A stretch of 64,000 nt of DNA, taken from contig BQFW01000001.1 of the NCBI GenBank assembly GCA_020891255.1, forward strand, positions 1,798,001 to 1,862,000, given 5' to 3'. The position numbers and the translations under genes are program-made. Shown piece after piece: positions 43,001 through 55,047 of this stretch. This DNA comes from Entomortierella parvispora E1425 (lineage: Eukaryota > Fungi > Mortierellomycota). The notes beneath the pieces are model-generated. The model saw nothing but the letters and a program-made list of their open reading frames with translations, ran no database searches and was not told the origin of the DNA. Position 1 is the first letter of the stretch; the number at the start of each line of letters is the position of its first letter.

Positions 43001-43799
43001 ATACCAGGTCTATGACAGTGATGAGAGCGACTCTGAGGATGAAGACGATAGTGAGTTTGATGAAGACGAAGACGACGATGATGATGAGGAGGAGGACGAA
43101 GAAGAAGAAGAGGAGGAATGCCTCCAAAGGTCTCAACGACAGCCTTACGCTCCAACTCGCGTGTTGGTTGACCCAGAGTCTCTGGAAGGATACGTCCACC
43201 AATTTGACGAAGCACCTCCACCATCCTATCATTCTTTGGTTCGTTCGGGGTCCGTCTCTGTGAGTCCACTTGCCAGTCTAAGTCAACTGTTGGAGCTTCT
43301 TCATCACTTCAAGGATCACGTCCTGGATACGTTCAAGACCCCAGACTTCCGGATTAAGGGCATGCCTTCCTCATCCGCAACAGCGTCACCATCGACCACA
43401 GAATCGACCTCTCTTACGTCGGATCGGCACCATACTCGCCGAGAATCGTGGCAGAGTCGTCGTCCTCAGACCGTGGCCTCGTTCGCGTACTTGTTGATTG
43501 AACTGGAGCAGAACGGACTCGTGTTCCCCGCCAACGCCACCCTCTTTTTGATTTCCGCTGCATCGTCCTCGGCTTCTTTGTTCTGTCGTTCAGAACAGGA
43601 TTGGTTGGCCAAGACTGGGAACGCGACCACGGTCTCCCAACTGGCCATGGCTCTGTTGACCTTGGAGCAGACTTGTCAAGACCAGGCCATGATGGATCTC
43701 AACCGTTGGCGCAGTTCTTCCTCAAGCGCTGGTACTTTTAGTCCTTGTGCAAGGGATCAATGGATCGTTCAGGTTCAAGGTCTTTCCACCGTTGTCTGA
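40059..43799 (+). CDS. Large intronless hypothetical protein (1246 aa), mostly Ser/Gln/acidic low complexity, with a helical C-terminal domain
   Basis: 3.7-kb stop-free ORF. The C-terminus has three related amphipathic motifs (LSQLLELLHHF, VASFAYLLIELEQ, VSQLAMALLTLEQ). Confidence 0.8.
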   Translation: MIRKAAYQSVVVVDPAVSKQISALLQQQQQSPSLLPTAVPPQKIVHKVPIYLVQRTRSVLVKDLEKILGPGRRLESVQADDGTILLPPPQSIVASSTFASRPTVIPVRDGGAGRTKYRNGQDEGEEEKEDVWFIHPIVAPATGACVSPTPPSPSLPLIESQADKAATVATTTGSLIPSHPCSRSGSCSSSSSTSQSSLPQQQEKTEQGEKTRGELNFHDQQASKDQARAEPPIPTQMTTRSSTFSEQQQKDQFEPKVEHQTRSFRATMATSGQSLGDPWTRSRIKRSTLQHEDKEDDALDAVAAVPRRSIGERGSGKGNDNDEHDKVQAVEKRTDVNGSKDSSVQAPLFSSSPSSLSFPPSSASIPTFPSQPTMASTSTSASALPLSPSSLSPSTSTDTILMRQQLLQMANALVSIADRGDDIAQDRGHARTLALQVLESYTHALAGSTSPPSSSDKVDSGPPPSSSVGMDTRHGMITPDATPQSTPVIPSSYRLSSPNTDTRSSNDTMISSPSSTPFSSPSSSALPLESPTLMAHQIHCPPSLPDVGSADFCTSLRSSIFSLPPSSLQGQEQCAQPDPNIEQHSSSSSSSPSASQSFTALDQPTSTLPTTIPEARKGSKKGNKTGLARILRSKSSFGAMFGSNKSRSLMTTPESEESTDVFDQSLQETMSNSARKGSADSSDGSSQRGSSNNSHSDDSQRSGSNSHEEVMSTASTPASTPTSTPASSNTPWYKIQQRRRESRASSVSESGSGSNSNNGNNSNSSSSSGTTTSTKADNAGRELGSRRFSSPFGFRAKPVSTTETRQRASVSHIQSQPQPQPQQQQQEQQQYPHHPSHQHHTQHTQHTQQHQQPPSYSSSTPTLQKQVQLQRHLYSADARIGGRRSVTRTATGSFFDTVSDSDSDEEIAHPTYLQQQCQYQPQYQQMQGQERTVRRMTYPTASTSVGPTVLPTSSSRFIQSDPRTQERLRQQEEQQEQSHPRYQVYDSDESDSEDEDDSEFDEDEDDDDDEEEDEEEEEEECLQRSQRQPYAPTRVLVDPESLEGYVHQFDEAPPPSYHSLVRSGSVSVSPLASLSQLLELLHHFKDHVLDTFKTPDFRIKGMPSSSATASPSTTESTSLTSDRHHTRRESWQSRRPQTVASFAYLLIELEQNGLVFPANATLFLISAASSSASLFCRSEQDWLAKTGNATTVSQLAMALLTLEQTCQDQAMMDLNRWRSSSSSAGTFSPCARDQWIVQVQGLSTVV

Positions 43800-44053
43800 G
43801 CAACTCGTGAATACCCCCCCCCCCCCTCCCACCTAACTCCCACTTGTAAAATATCAGTCCTGAAAATAAAAAATGTCAATTTTTTTTATATGATTCTAGC
43901 AACAATGTATGGATGGTGAAGATGGCAGGTGACTTGGATATGAAGGTGAAAGAGGAGAGAGTCAGATATCATGATGACTTTTATGTCGAGAGGCGCGAGG
44001 AGAATAACAGTGAGATTCTAGCAGAATGGATGGGGGATGAGATCAAGAAGATC

Positions 44054-46590
44054 TTATACAGCGTTATAGCCACGGGCCGTGGCTGCCGCAACACCACCCT
44101 CGTTCTGGCACATCTCAGGTCGACAGTGATCACTTGCGTTCGATTCTGTCTCCAGCTGAATGGTCGAGTGATGGATCTGGAAGCGGCCACAGACCACGTT
44201 TTGGGCCTCTGTCAAAATACGGTCGTAGTCGGCCATAGTCAAGCTGCTCTTGGTCACAGTGCTAACTGGGGCCAGCTGCAAATGAACAGCCAGGGATGGC
44301 TATGTTGCAGAACAGAAGAATAGAAAAAATCGCGTTAGTCGTGAAAAGCTGTCAATCATATCGTACCTAGAAGCAGCAAAATTTCTTCACGGTTCCATAT
44401 AAGGCAGCGTTTCTCGTATTTTCTTTTTCGCCTTCCTCCTTGGACCTTGTTTTTTTAATTACCTTGCCCGCAGTCAAGTTCCAGACGTGCAAATCGTGAA
44501 CGAGGGTCACTCCTTCAATTTTCAAAAGCGCTTCCTCAACTTCCTCAGGGTCAATGTGAGTAGGGGTGCCCTCCATCAAAATTCCAAGACTGTCCCAAAC
44601 CAAGCGATAGGTAGTGAACATGACAAGGATCGAGAACAAGACTGTGCAGATGGGGTCAACAATGGTCCATGTGGGCTTGATCATGATGATGACCGACGCA
44701 ATCAAAACACCCTAAGACAGTATATAAAAAAACGTTAGCCCTAAATGTCCAGATGAAGGTCTCTTCTATCCATGGATGGGGATTGAGAGACTGTTTTTAG
44801 CTTAGCCACTTACGACAGACGAGATCAGATCACCAATGACATGCAAAGTGGCAGCCTTGACGTTGAGGTTCATCTCCTGTAAGGATGATTAGCCCAGATT
44901 CAAGAGAGGAACAAAGTCAGTAAAAATAAAATCAAAGACCTTTGATGGCGACGCAAAAAAGTGCTCTGTCCAATCACGCACCTTTTTATGAGCAACGGTG
45001 CCATGATGATCGTGTGAATGAGACTCGTTGTGGCTATGGGAGCCACTGCCGTGTTCGTGCGAATGGTCGTGGGAGTGGTTGTGGTCGTGGTCGTGATCAT
45101 GGCCATGGCCGCCGTGTGAGTGATCATGTCCCAAGGCGAACGCCAAGCTATTTTGAGTACGAGAACATGACCATTTTAGTCCATTAGCGCAACGTCAAAA
45201 AAAAAAAAAAAAAAAGAGACAGGATCAGATAACAAAAAGAAGGGTAGGGAAGGAGGCAGCTGCCGCTTACATGATGTTGATAGCGACACCAATACTGGCA
45301 ACAATGCACATGGTCTTGCCATCGATCGCCTGTGGGTTCTTGATGCGCTCAAAGGCCTCCATGAGGAGGAAGGCAGTCAAGATCCAGATAATGAAGACTG
45401 ACATGAGCGCAGCAAGGACCTCTGCACGATGGTATCCAAAAGAGTGGCGCTTGGTGGCAGGTTGCTCAGAGAGCCAAATGGCAATCAATGACACCATAAA
45501 GCTGACAACGTCTATTGAGTGACAAAAAAGGTGTTTGTTAGAGATGTCTACCCGCCATGAAACGAGATGGTTCAAACAGGCAGAAGGTCGAGAATGGAAT
45601 AAAATCTCTGTGGTTTAAGAGATGCGAGAAAAAAATGTAGTCGGCGGGTTGTATTGCATGCAAGGGGTCAAACGGTAGAGAGATCCTGTCCGTTGGGCCA
45701 ACCCAAAAAAAAATGCCTCGATCCATTTTGACAGGTTGAGGTTACACTCCTTGCGCCCAAGATGTGACATATCAAGATGACAGAAAGTATATATCAGACA
45801 TACCCGACAATAGATGGAAAGCATCTGACATCAACGCAAGAGACTTTGCAAAGTAACCTCCCACCATCTCCAATGCAAAGAAGCAGAGGCAGAGGATCGT
45901 GACAAAGACAAGCTTGCGCTTGTTCTTTGTAGACTCGTTCGTGATCAAGACGCCCTTGCAGGCGATAGGGGGAGGGGTAGAGGGGCGGAGAGGAGGCGAG
46001 TTGACATCGTGGGGGCCATGATGGAACTCTTCGTGGCTATGGCCGTTCGCATGGTTGTGCTTGCTAACAGCGGGTCCGTTGTTGCTGCCGTAGCTCTGGC
46101 CAAGAGAGGCCTTCAAGGGAGTCGAGCTAGAAGGGATGTTGTGAATGACACTGTGGCTGTCAACGGTTGACTGGGGTCCATGGACCCCCTTTCCATTGTG
46201 AGCGCTGTGCTGGTGGTCATGATCATGGCTGTGATCGTGATCATGTTCATTGGACTCTGATGCGACAGTTGCAGAAGTAGCTCCAGAGGGCAATGTGGGC
46301 GAGCGCTGAGGGTTGCGCGAGTGGGAAAGAGCCAAGGGCTGGTTAGAACCAACAGGGACCGCGTGGTTGTTTGTGGTGGATGAAGGAAGGGAAGGGGAGG
46401 ATGCAATGGAAGAGATTTGATCATCAGCAACGACCGCGGGGGATGGAAGGACCAATGCAGAGGGAGTGGTGCTTTCGACCGGGGATGCAGATCCAGTGGG
46501 GGATGCAGACTGGGAGGCCACTTGGGCCTGGAGCGAGGCAAGGGTCTTTGGCTTTGGGCCGGTGGACTTTCTCTTTGACTTTGGGCCCAT
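44054..46590 (-). CDS. Cation diffusion facilitator (SLC30/ZnT-type) zinc transporter, multi-exon
   Basis: FFALEMVGGYFAKSLALMSDAFHLLSD, SFGYHRAEVLAAL, His-rich loop HDHSHGGHGHDH, HVIGDL and VHDLHVWNLT. Confidence 0.93.
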
Positions 46591-47235
46591 GGTGCGAAGG
46601 AAGGGAGGGAAGTGAAGGAAAGGGATTGAAGAGCGAAAAAGAGTGGAGTGTGCTGGGAAGAAGAAAAAAGAAATCAAAAAAAAAAAAAAAGAGCTTATGC
46701 GGATGCGATGTGTGCAAGTGGTGTGTGCAAGTGGTGTGTGCCACTCGCAGAGGAGAAGGAAGTCGCACGCCGTCAGTGCCCCGCGCTTCTTTTTTATTTT
46801 TTTTTTCTTCTTCCCTCAATCTCTTCTCTTCCCTCACATCGCGAAGTCGTCGGTGGTTGAATCTCTGTCCCATCTGTCCCTCTGGCTGTGTCCCTCTGGC
46901 TCTGTCCATCGCAGGTGGCGTGCTGGAAAGAGGGCTCTGAGAACGTGCGGATCTGCTCCGCTTCCCTCTCTCACACCCTGTGGCGTCCATCTGTCCGTCC
47001 ATTCGGTGACACAGCCTTTTTTTTTTTTTTTTTTTTTTTTTCTTCTTTTTTCTCCTCTCTCATTCTCTTCCTCATTCAGTACATTGGTTTCCGTCAGTGT
47101 GTTTTTCCGCCTTCCTCCCATCCCATTCATTCATTCACCGCCTCGATCGCTCACCCTTGCCTCTCCTTGCTCAATCGCTCTGTTCTTTCTCAGACTTGCA
47201 CGTTTTCCCGCTCTCAGATTCCAATCCTCTAACAA

Positions 47236-49437
47236 ATGGCATTCTCCGGAGCATTGACCCTTTCGGACTTGAACGATTTCATCTCGCCTTCGCAAGCATG
47301 CATCAAGCCCGTCGAGGTTGCAAAGACCTCCGAGACGCAGGTATGACGTCTGCTCTCTATGTACTTGTGCAGGCATACTCTCTTCTATGAGCGTCGTTTT
47401 GCACGTTGTGCCTTGAAATTGGTTGTTTGCCATTTATCCGCAGCGCTCTCGAGAAACTGATGTCCGAACTCCTCTCTATTGTTCTTTAAATGCCTCAGGG
47501 CGCTATCAAGGTTGACAACTCGGGATCATACTACGAGGTATCTCAAGATGGACTCGAGACCAAGCTCGAGACCGCAACCATTAGCTTGAACGATTGTCTT
47601 GCATGCAGGTAATGTACGAGGACTGCGTAAGCCCGATTTGATCTGTGTATGATTACAATTGACTAATAATAGTATTACTCATCATGTTGTTCAGTGGGTG
47701 CATTACCTCGGCCGAAAGTGTCCTGGTGACACTGCAGTCGCAAGAAGAGCTCTACAACATTCTCCAGCAAAACAAGGTCGCCATCGAGGTATGAGAGGGA
47801 TAGCCGCTGCGGGGGAAAATCGTATTTCAAAATCTCGGAAAATGGCGGGCAAATAAGGATAGATCGCTGACAATGACTCCATTTTCTCGTTATTGGTCTG
47901 TGTCACAAACGTTTTTCTTGCTTGCAAATCAACAGACAAACGACCGAAGCACCCATCGCACTGTCGTCGTGTCTATCTCCCCACAAACAAGAGCATCCTT
48001 TGCAGCAAAATACAACCTGACCCCTCTACAAGTTGCTCGGAAGCTCACCTGGTTCTTCAAGAACCTCGGAGTCCACATGGTCTTTGACACTTCCTTCTCC
48101 AGAGATCTTGCTCTTTTGGAAACTGGGCGCGAGTTTGTCTCTCGATACAGGAAAGCGGTGGCTAAGGGAGTTATCAAGACACCTAATCTTGATGGATCAG
48201 CGCCAGAGTCAACTACAGCGGCAGGCGACATGGAGCTGGACACACCTCAGGAGGTTGCTCCCAAGCCACGTAAGAGAATAGTGCGCAGAGGGGCTGCCAG
48301 TGATGAACCTGCCGCCGCAGTCGAAACAGAGAGTGCGATGCCTATGCTTGCATCTGCCTGCCCAGGTATAATTCTCTACTAGTGTTATCTACATGAAGAA
48401 AGTCATTGACTTGATCTAACCTTTGTGCGCTGTATAGGTTGGATTTGTTACGCAGAGAAGACTCATGGATACATGCTCCCTTACATCAGCGAGACAAAGT
48501 CGCCCCAGCAAATCATGGGTTCACTAGTCAAGAACCATTTTGGATCACTACACGGATTGACGTAAGGAGCCGCATCATTCGCGTCTGGTCAAAGTTTTTT
48601 CTCAACATTGCTAACCAAAGGCGCTTCTCCATTCATAAAATTAGCCCAAACCAAATATACCACGTCTGCGTCATGCCATGCTACGACAAAAAGTTGGAGG
48701 CTTCTCGATCAGACTTTTACTCTGATTTGTACCAAACTCGCGACGTGGACTGCGTAATCACATCGACAGAAGTGGAAAAAATGTTTGGAGAGCAAGGTCT
48801 GACCGATATGAGCGCCTTTGGAGAGAGGGACATGGATCTGGGTTACAACAGCGTCATCAAGGATCCTTCTACAGGCCAAGATCAGGTCCTGGTCGGCGCT
48901 GCTGGCAATGCATCGGGAGGATTTTTGGAATATGTGATGCAATATGCGGCCAGAGAGCTGTTTGGGATTGACGGCGTAGATGTCGATCAAGCCTTGGGTG
49001 TGGAGGTCAAAACTGTTCGTAATGCTGATTTCAAGGAAGTCACCTTGGAGCTTCCCGGGCAACCAGGAGCAGAGCCTCTACTCAAGTTTGCCGCTGCTTA
49101 TGGATTTAGGAATATCCAGAACCTGGTCCGAAAAGTCAAAACTGGCAAGTCACCCTATCACTTTGTGGAAGTCATGGCCTGTCCTTCTGGATGTATCAAC
49201 GGCGGCGGACAGCTCAAGCAGGACACTTCGATTCCATTGAAGGACTGGATCATCCAAGTTGACGAGCAATACCGCAATGGTGTCATGGCCCGTAAGCCTG
49301 AAGACAACCCCGCCTTGGCGCAGTTGTACCGAGAGTGGCTCGGAGGTGTGGATACCCCCAAAGCCAAAGAGCAGCTCCGGACTGGATACCATGCAGTGGA
49401 GCAGAACTTGGTGAACCCTCTGGCTGTCAAGTGGTAG
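47236..49437 (+). CDS. NAR1: Cytosolic Fe-S assembly factor Nar1/CIAO3 (hydrogenase-like), multi-exon
   Basis: [86 protein letters not shown] and C-terminal LAVKW. Confidence 0.96.
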
Positions 49438-49534
49438 AATCTAAACTCGAGTGTTGTACAATAAAAAAAAATAGATTTCATTTTCTGTTCTTTTCATTTT
49501 CATTTTTTCCATCTCCCAACCCAACGATCTCGTC

Positions 49535-51037
49535 ATGTTTGCTGCTATTGATCCAACCACAACCGACATGGTCCATCTCGTTGTCGGCATAAACTCGACC
49601 GGCAGCTCTCCTTATCTAGCACAGCGTCTAGGCACAAGAGCTCAGAGCCAAAGTATCCAACTTCATCTTGATGGTTTCTCTGGCAGCTTCAAGGACAGGA
49701 CTCTGGAGTTTTACTCTACCCTTCTCGGAGGACTTGTGCTACACCTTTGGCCTGCTGGGATCCGCCCCGTGCTCTGGATCGCGTTCGATGATTCCTGGAG
49801 ATTGGACGAACTCCGACATTTATTGCGCACAATCAGACTCGAGCTGGTGGACAAAACTCTAGATGTGGTAATCAAAAGCGCATCTGTTGAACAGATCTCA
49901 GAAGAGATGCTGGAGATTTGCATGAACTTTAGATGTACCCTCTGTACCACTCTGGCCACTACAGAGCGGATGATACGGTGTCTTGAAGGGGCAAAGGACC
50001 CCATTGCCAGGCCAATGTCAGCCCGCTCGTCGTACGGGGTATCGGTCGAGTCATTGCCTTTTTACGAAAGGCATTCGCCTTGGTGAGGCACTTTTGAAGG
50101 ATCGAAACATCAGTCAAAAATCAGTCAGGCGGATTTCTCTGCGCAACCGCACAATACGACCGAGGTCTGATAATCATTTTTTTTTTCTTTTCTTTTTTGA
50201 CAAACACAATAGGTACATCTTGACCAACTTTGCCCTGGGTCTGCCGTTCACTTGCGAGGATAGCATGCAGCGGTTTGAAACGAGCGAGCATTATTGTAAA
50301 TGTCTTAGGGCATGGGATATCCCATTTTGTTATCCATATTGCAAGGGAAGGAGTTCCAAATCAGGCTCACGCAAATAATACCTCTGGTTTATTGGCGTCC
50401 TAGTCCAAGCCCACAAATGCTGCAATGTTGAGGATTTTGAAATCGTCAAGAACGCACCGACGCCCCGGGAGGCATTTCAGCTGGCTAAAGCCTCTAACAG
50501 TCTGCGATGGTACTGGGACATGCAATGCCGATGTGGACGTCTCTTCAAGGAGGAAGTCATGCTCAAGGCCCTCCTCCTCAAATTTTCGGCTGACCAAGGA
50601 CTCGAGAACAAAAGAGCACGCTATCAATTGCTTTCGACCGGCACCTGTCAGTTGGTAAGTGAGCGACAATGAACGGGACGGTAAACTGAGGCCACAGGCG
50701 TCGTGGAGCGCAGACAAGGGTTGTTTCTACAAAGCCATCGAATTCAACAACTGAGTCAAACGTCCATCTGATGTAGGTCGAGAGATCTTTTCGCGATGAT
50801 TACTGGGGTACAGGTCCGGAAGGCAAGGGTCTAAATCGCCTCGGTTACCTCTTGGAACGTGCACGAAGAATCATCGTGAAAGAGGAGTTTCAGAAGCGAG
50901 GCCTGAGATTTGACGACTACTACCAAGAAGATGAGTCCATCTGAGCAGCCGAGTACTAGCGTTTTTCCCTTCATTTCAATGTCAATGAAATCCAAACCGT
51001 TTGGCAATCGTCCGTAATATATTTCTTCATTTTTCAA
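49535..51037. pseudogene. Unresolved region of short coding-like fragments, probably a decayed gene or genes
   Basis: Short ORFs on both strands (49535-50086 +, 50400-50717 -, 50831-51037 -). Some resemble beta-propeller strands (KTLVLGCSDGLIFLV). I could not build a consistent gene model. Confidence 0.25.
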
Positions 51038-51058
51038 AAATGTCAGACGAGGTTTTTT

Positions 51059-53014
51059 CTATCCATAAACAAAACGTTGCCAATTCCGGGAAGTAATCTG
51101 AACAGTCTGCTCGATGGACCATTCACGGACTGCCGCTATTTTTTGAACCATTTCTATCAACAATGGGTCGACCTCCGCATGGGAATGATGATCCGACTCG
51201 ACTAACAGCCGATCCTCAGGCACCGCCAATATTAATTCACTCAGTTTCTTCTCCTGAAGGCGTCCATTGATCAGTATCGAAAATGAAAAGTACATCTCTG
51301 GAGGATGGTCCATTCTAGTGAAGGCCTTTAGCATATCAACTGATCCACCATAGCTATGCATACAGAGTCTCGGAGGAAGAATGGGCTCATATACTTGTGG
51401 CGGGGCAAGAACAGAGGCAGCAGAGGTAGACGTTGGAAGAGAAGATGAAGAAGCATCCTCCGTAATAGGAGCTGCTCCAAACGTGTTGGACTGATCCTGA
51501 GATCCACCATCCTCCTCATCCGAGTCCTCCTCGTCCGAGGATTCTTGAAGCGTAGAAGCGACATGGCGTTCCCATGCAGCATCGATTGCCTCACGTCGTA
51601 ATCGTTCCGCACCACGCTTGCTAAGTCGGCCAGTCGTTGGACTGATCAGGGATGTCGGCAAAGGCGCCGTTCCTCCATGGGATTCCTGGATCTGCTGCAT
51701 CTGAAGGTGGAATTCCTGCTCAGACTCGATCTGCTTAAGCCGCCGCCCTTCCTGGATCAAAAAGTCATGCCAGTGACCATAAGCCTGCACGCAATGAAAG
51801 CTCACAGCCCGGTTCAGCGAAGCAGCGATTTTGAGTTGCTCCCGAACAATGTCCAATTGATGCTGTATTGACGTCAGCGCCAGTGTTATCTTTTTTTGAG
51901 GCGCCTCCTTCTGTCCGTCCTTCTCTGCTCCAGAGTTGGTCGCGGCAGGAGCTGTTGTCGCGTTAACAGAAGGTTCCGGTACGCGTGCGGTTCGATCCAG
52001 GCCGATTTCTCCCAAGAGCGCGTTCGGGTGCTCCTCCAGCTTCCTGCGCAACTCTTCCAGTGCAAGCTCGAGCACCCTTGGCTCTGGCAAACGAGTTGAT
52101 AATTCCTGGAGATAGTTCTCCGGAGCAGAGTTGGGCAGACCCAGCACTTGTTTGTAATGCTCAAAACTTGAAATCCGATGTTGATCTGAAGTGCTCAATT
52201 CGATTGGGTTGTGAGGCACCGGATTTTCTTTGTCCTTCCCTGCCGCAGCGAAAGATTCAACTCTAGCGGTGTTGGCTGAGTTACTCTTGTTAGCATCCTC
52301 CTCCTTCCCTTCATCCTGATCTTGGTCCTTGTTCATATGATCCTGCAGTTGCTTTGACATGGCCAAGAAAGCCTCACGTCCAACGCCGGATTCCGGCACT
52401 GCTGTCACGGCTGCAGACGAGAACGAGAGGGATGGTGAAGCTTCTGTAGCAGCTGCGGTGGCGCGTTCATGCCCACGAAGCTCCAAGAGAGGACCGGTTC
52501 GCTCTTCGGCCGGTCGATACTTGTGCGTGAACCAAGGGTGGATTCCGAAGCAAGGGACAAACCGATCCGGATGATTATGAGCGAGTTTGGAGACCAGATC
52601 CCAGTCGCCCTTTGTATCTGTCTCGTTCCAAGATACCGTGAAAACGGGTGTTGACGAGGCCGAGATTTTGTTAGGGATAAGTGAGAGTGAAGAAGAGACC
52701 TTGTCTGCAATCTCACTGTCTACGTTGTTGCCTGGTTCCTGGTCGTGCAGTCCGAGGTCCTTGGAGGGCTGTACGCCCATGAGACAGACCTTGGACGTAC
52801 GCAATGGACGCACATTGGGACTATCAGTGTGCTCAGCATCGGTGTTTGCATCTGGGTGCGTTGACCAGGATTGAACCAGTTTCTGAATGTTGACTCGATC
52901 ATCTTGAATATGGCAATGGGCATCGGTCAAGGACGCAAACAGCTCCTCGGGAAATAGCTGTCCCTCATAGTGAGGCTCGTTGGCATCGAGGTGGTGACCG
53001 TCTCCTCCACACAT
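51059..53014 (-). CDS. TatD-family metal-dependent hydrolase/DNase (Scn1-like), intronless, 651 aa
   Basis: DAHCH, PCFGIHPW, LGEIGLD, FHCVQAYG, CMHSYGGS, YFSFS and RLLVESD in TatD order. ATG at 53014 (MCGG). Confidence 0.88.
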   Translation of the reverse strand: MCGGDGHHLDANEPHYEGQLFPEELFASLTDAHCHIQDDRVNIQKLVQSWSTHPDANTDAEHTDSPNVRPLRTSKVCLMGVQPSKDLGLHDQEPGNNVDSEIADKVSSSLSLIPNKISASSTPVFTVSWNETDTKGDWDLVSKLAHNHPDRFVPCFGIHPWFTHKYRPAEERTGPLLELRGHERATAAATEASPSLSFSSAAVTAVPESGVGREAFLAMSKQLQDHMNKDQDQDEGKEEDANKSNSANTARVESFAAAGKDKENPVPHNPIELSTSDQHRISSFEHYKQVLGLPNSAPENYLQELSTRLPEPRVLELALEELRRKLEEHPNALLGEIGLDRTARVPEPSVNATTAPAATNSGAEKDGQKEAPQKKITLALTSIQHQLDIVREQLKIAASLNRAVSFHCVQAYGHWHDFLIQEGRRLKQIESEQEFHLQMQQIQESHGGTAPLPTSLISPTTGRLSKRGAERLRREAIDAAWERHVASTLQESSDEEDSDEEDGGSQDQSNTFGAAPITEDASSSSLPTSTSAASVLAPPQVYEPILPPRLCMHSYGGSVDMLKAFTRMDHPPEMYFSFSILINGRLQEKKLSELILAVPEDRLLVESDHHSHAEVDPLLIEMVQKIAAVREWSIEQTVQITSRNWQRFVYG

Positions 53015-53374
53015 TGCGGTTGATGGATCCGGACAAGAGGTTTCTGAGAGATGGAAATGAATGGAACGTGAAGGAAGGAAGAAAAGAGAGCAAGGATGTC
53101 TATGCTTGTTGTTGCATGTGTGGCGGTGTGTGTGTTCGCGAATCGGTCGCTCGTGCGCGTCGGTGAGAAGGAGGGAAGTCGGGGGCGCAAATTTGCTCCT
53201 GTCTGGCAATGCATTGAATAAAAAATAAAATAAAATAAATCGATATGATCACGTGTGTTCCACACCGATTAAATTATTGAAGTGAGGAGCAGGCATTCAC
53301 TTTTTCATTCATTCATTCATTCATTCACGACAACGCTGTTAGGGACAGGACCATTCACAGGACAACTGTACACG

Positions 53375-55047
53375 ATGACCGCCTCATGGTCGCCAGCACC
53401 ACTCATTCCGCCATTCAGATTCGGCACAGTAGAACCAGAGCTGTACAGAGGGGCATACCCCAAACCACGGAATCTTCGTTATTTGAAGCGGTAAACATGG
53501 AGTTTGCATTGTTTCGACTAGACACTTGTTCGCCTACAGGAGGGCATACATCGTTTTCAACAACTGCTGACACTCACGTTTCTCCCCGACATCTTGCATC
53601 TCTAAAGACTAAAACTTAGGACCATCCTTTCACTTATACCCGATACTCCCGATGATGTATTTCAAGAGTTTTGTCGCAAACAAGGAATTCGAGTTATCCA
53701 TTTGCCAGTGGACAAAGTCAAGGATAACGTTCCGCTCACGTACAATCGCGCCGTAGAAGCAGTTCAGGTGAGGGTCATTGGAATAATATTGGGCCTTCAG
53801 CAATCGCTTTGCCTAATGCTAATCACATCCTGATTAGATTATGATCGACCCGGACAACCTGCCGATATATGTACATTGCCTGGATGGCGCTAGCGTTACA
53901 GGGTTGGTCGTATGCTGTCTCCGTAAACTGCAAACATGGAATATATCCTCGGCTATGGGCGAGTTTCTCAGGTAAGGATGTACATCCTCCTATTTTCCTT
54001 TACTAGATTAGTGGCGTTGACCATGTTTTTTTTTTTTTTTGTTTTTTTTTGTTGAATAGATATTTGCGAGGAGGAGTGATCAGTTCGGAAGAATCTGTAT
54101 TCGTGGAAAAGTTTGCGTCCGAGATCGAAATCTCAAAACCTATCCCTCCTTGGTTGTGGGAGGGTCAAGTCACATTCAAGAAACATCCTACACTGAAACT
54201 CAACTTCACCATGCCAACAGCGTCACAGAGTCAACACCAGTATCTTCAGCAGTACATCAGCACGCCTGTATCCAGCACGGGAGGCATGCCTAATAACAAT
54301 GGAAATGGCAACAATAACCACCATGGAAGTAGCTCCTCACCGAAGCAACCTCCTCATCATTATCCACATCAGCAAAGCACTCTTGCCACACCCACGATTG
54401 CAGCCCTTGCTCGGATCAAGCGTTCCAATCTTGGTGGCCAAAATCCGTTTACGCAGCAGTTGCCTCCACCTCCTCCGCAACATCAGCAGCCAAGTCAATC
54501 ACAGTCTTATGGTACCGCTGTTTCAACGTCACTCTCTTCGTCTACAACATTTTTGCAGGACAAGGGCGAATCTGAAGCAGTGGCAATTTCAAACGGTAAT
54601 GGACAGTTGCCCTCTGGACTGGGTGTACGCCTGAACAATGCCATGATACCAAATCTCTCTGGATCGGCGCCGCTCACATTATCAACAACACCTACAAGTC
54701 CGGGTCTAAGCCCATCTCAATCGGGATCCGCCCTTATCTCTGTAATTCATCACCGTACTGGAGCCGGATCTGGAGCATCTCAAGGAGAGTACTACACTTC
54801 TGGAAATCAAGGTGCAGAAAATGAAGTGACCGGAATGGCCTCTGGACAAGGCAAGGATGGGCCACGCCATGAAGAAAATAATGTCCAGCAGCAAATAGTC
54901 TCATCCGCTGGCAAGAATTCTCCAGCCGCCAATGCCTCTACTTCAGTGAACGCGAATGTGAGTGGTTCGAATGCAGAGCCCGTAGATGAGTACTACGAGG
55001 TGTCCATGACTCTCAAGGCCTTAGCATTAGAAGGAGCTGATTTCTAA
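53375..55047 (+). CDS. Oca/Siw14-type tyrosine/dual-specificity phosphatase-family protein (Oca6-like), 4 exons
   Basis: LIPPFRFGTVEPELYRGAYPKPRNLRYL, YVHCLDG..VTGLVVCCLRKLQ.W, then a low-complexity tail. Confidence 0.85.
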
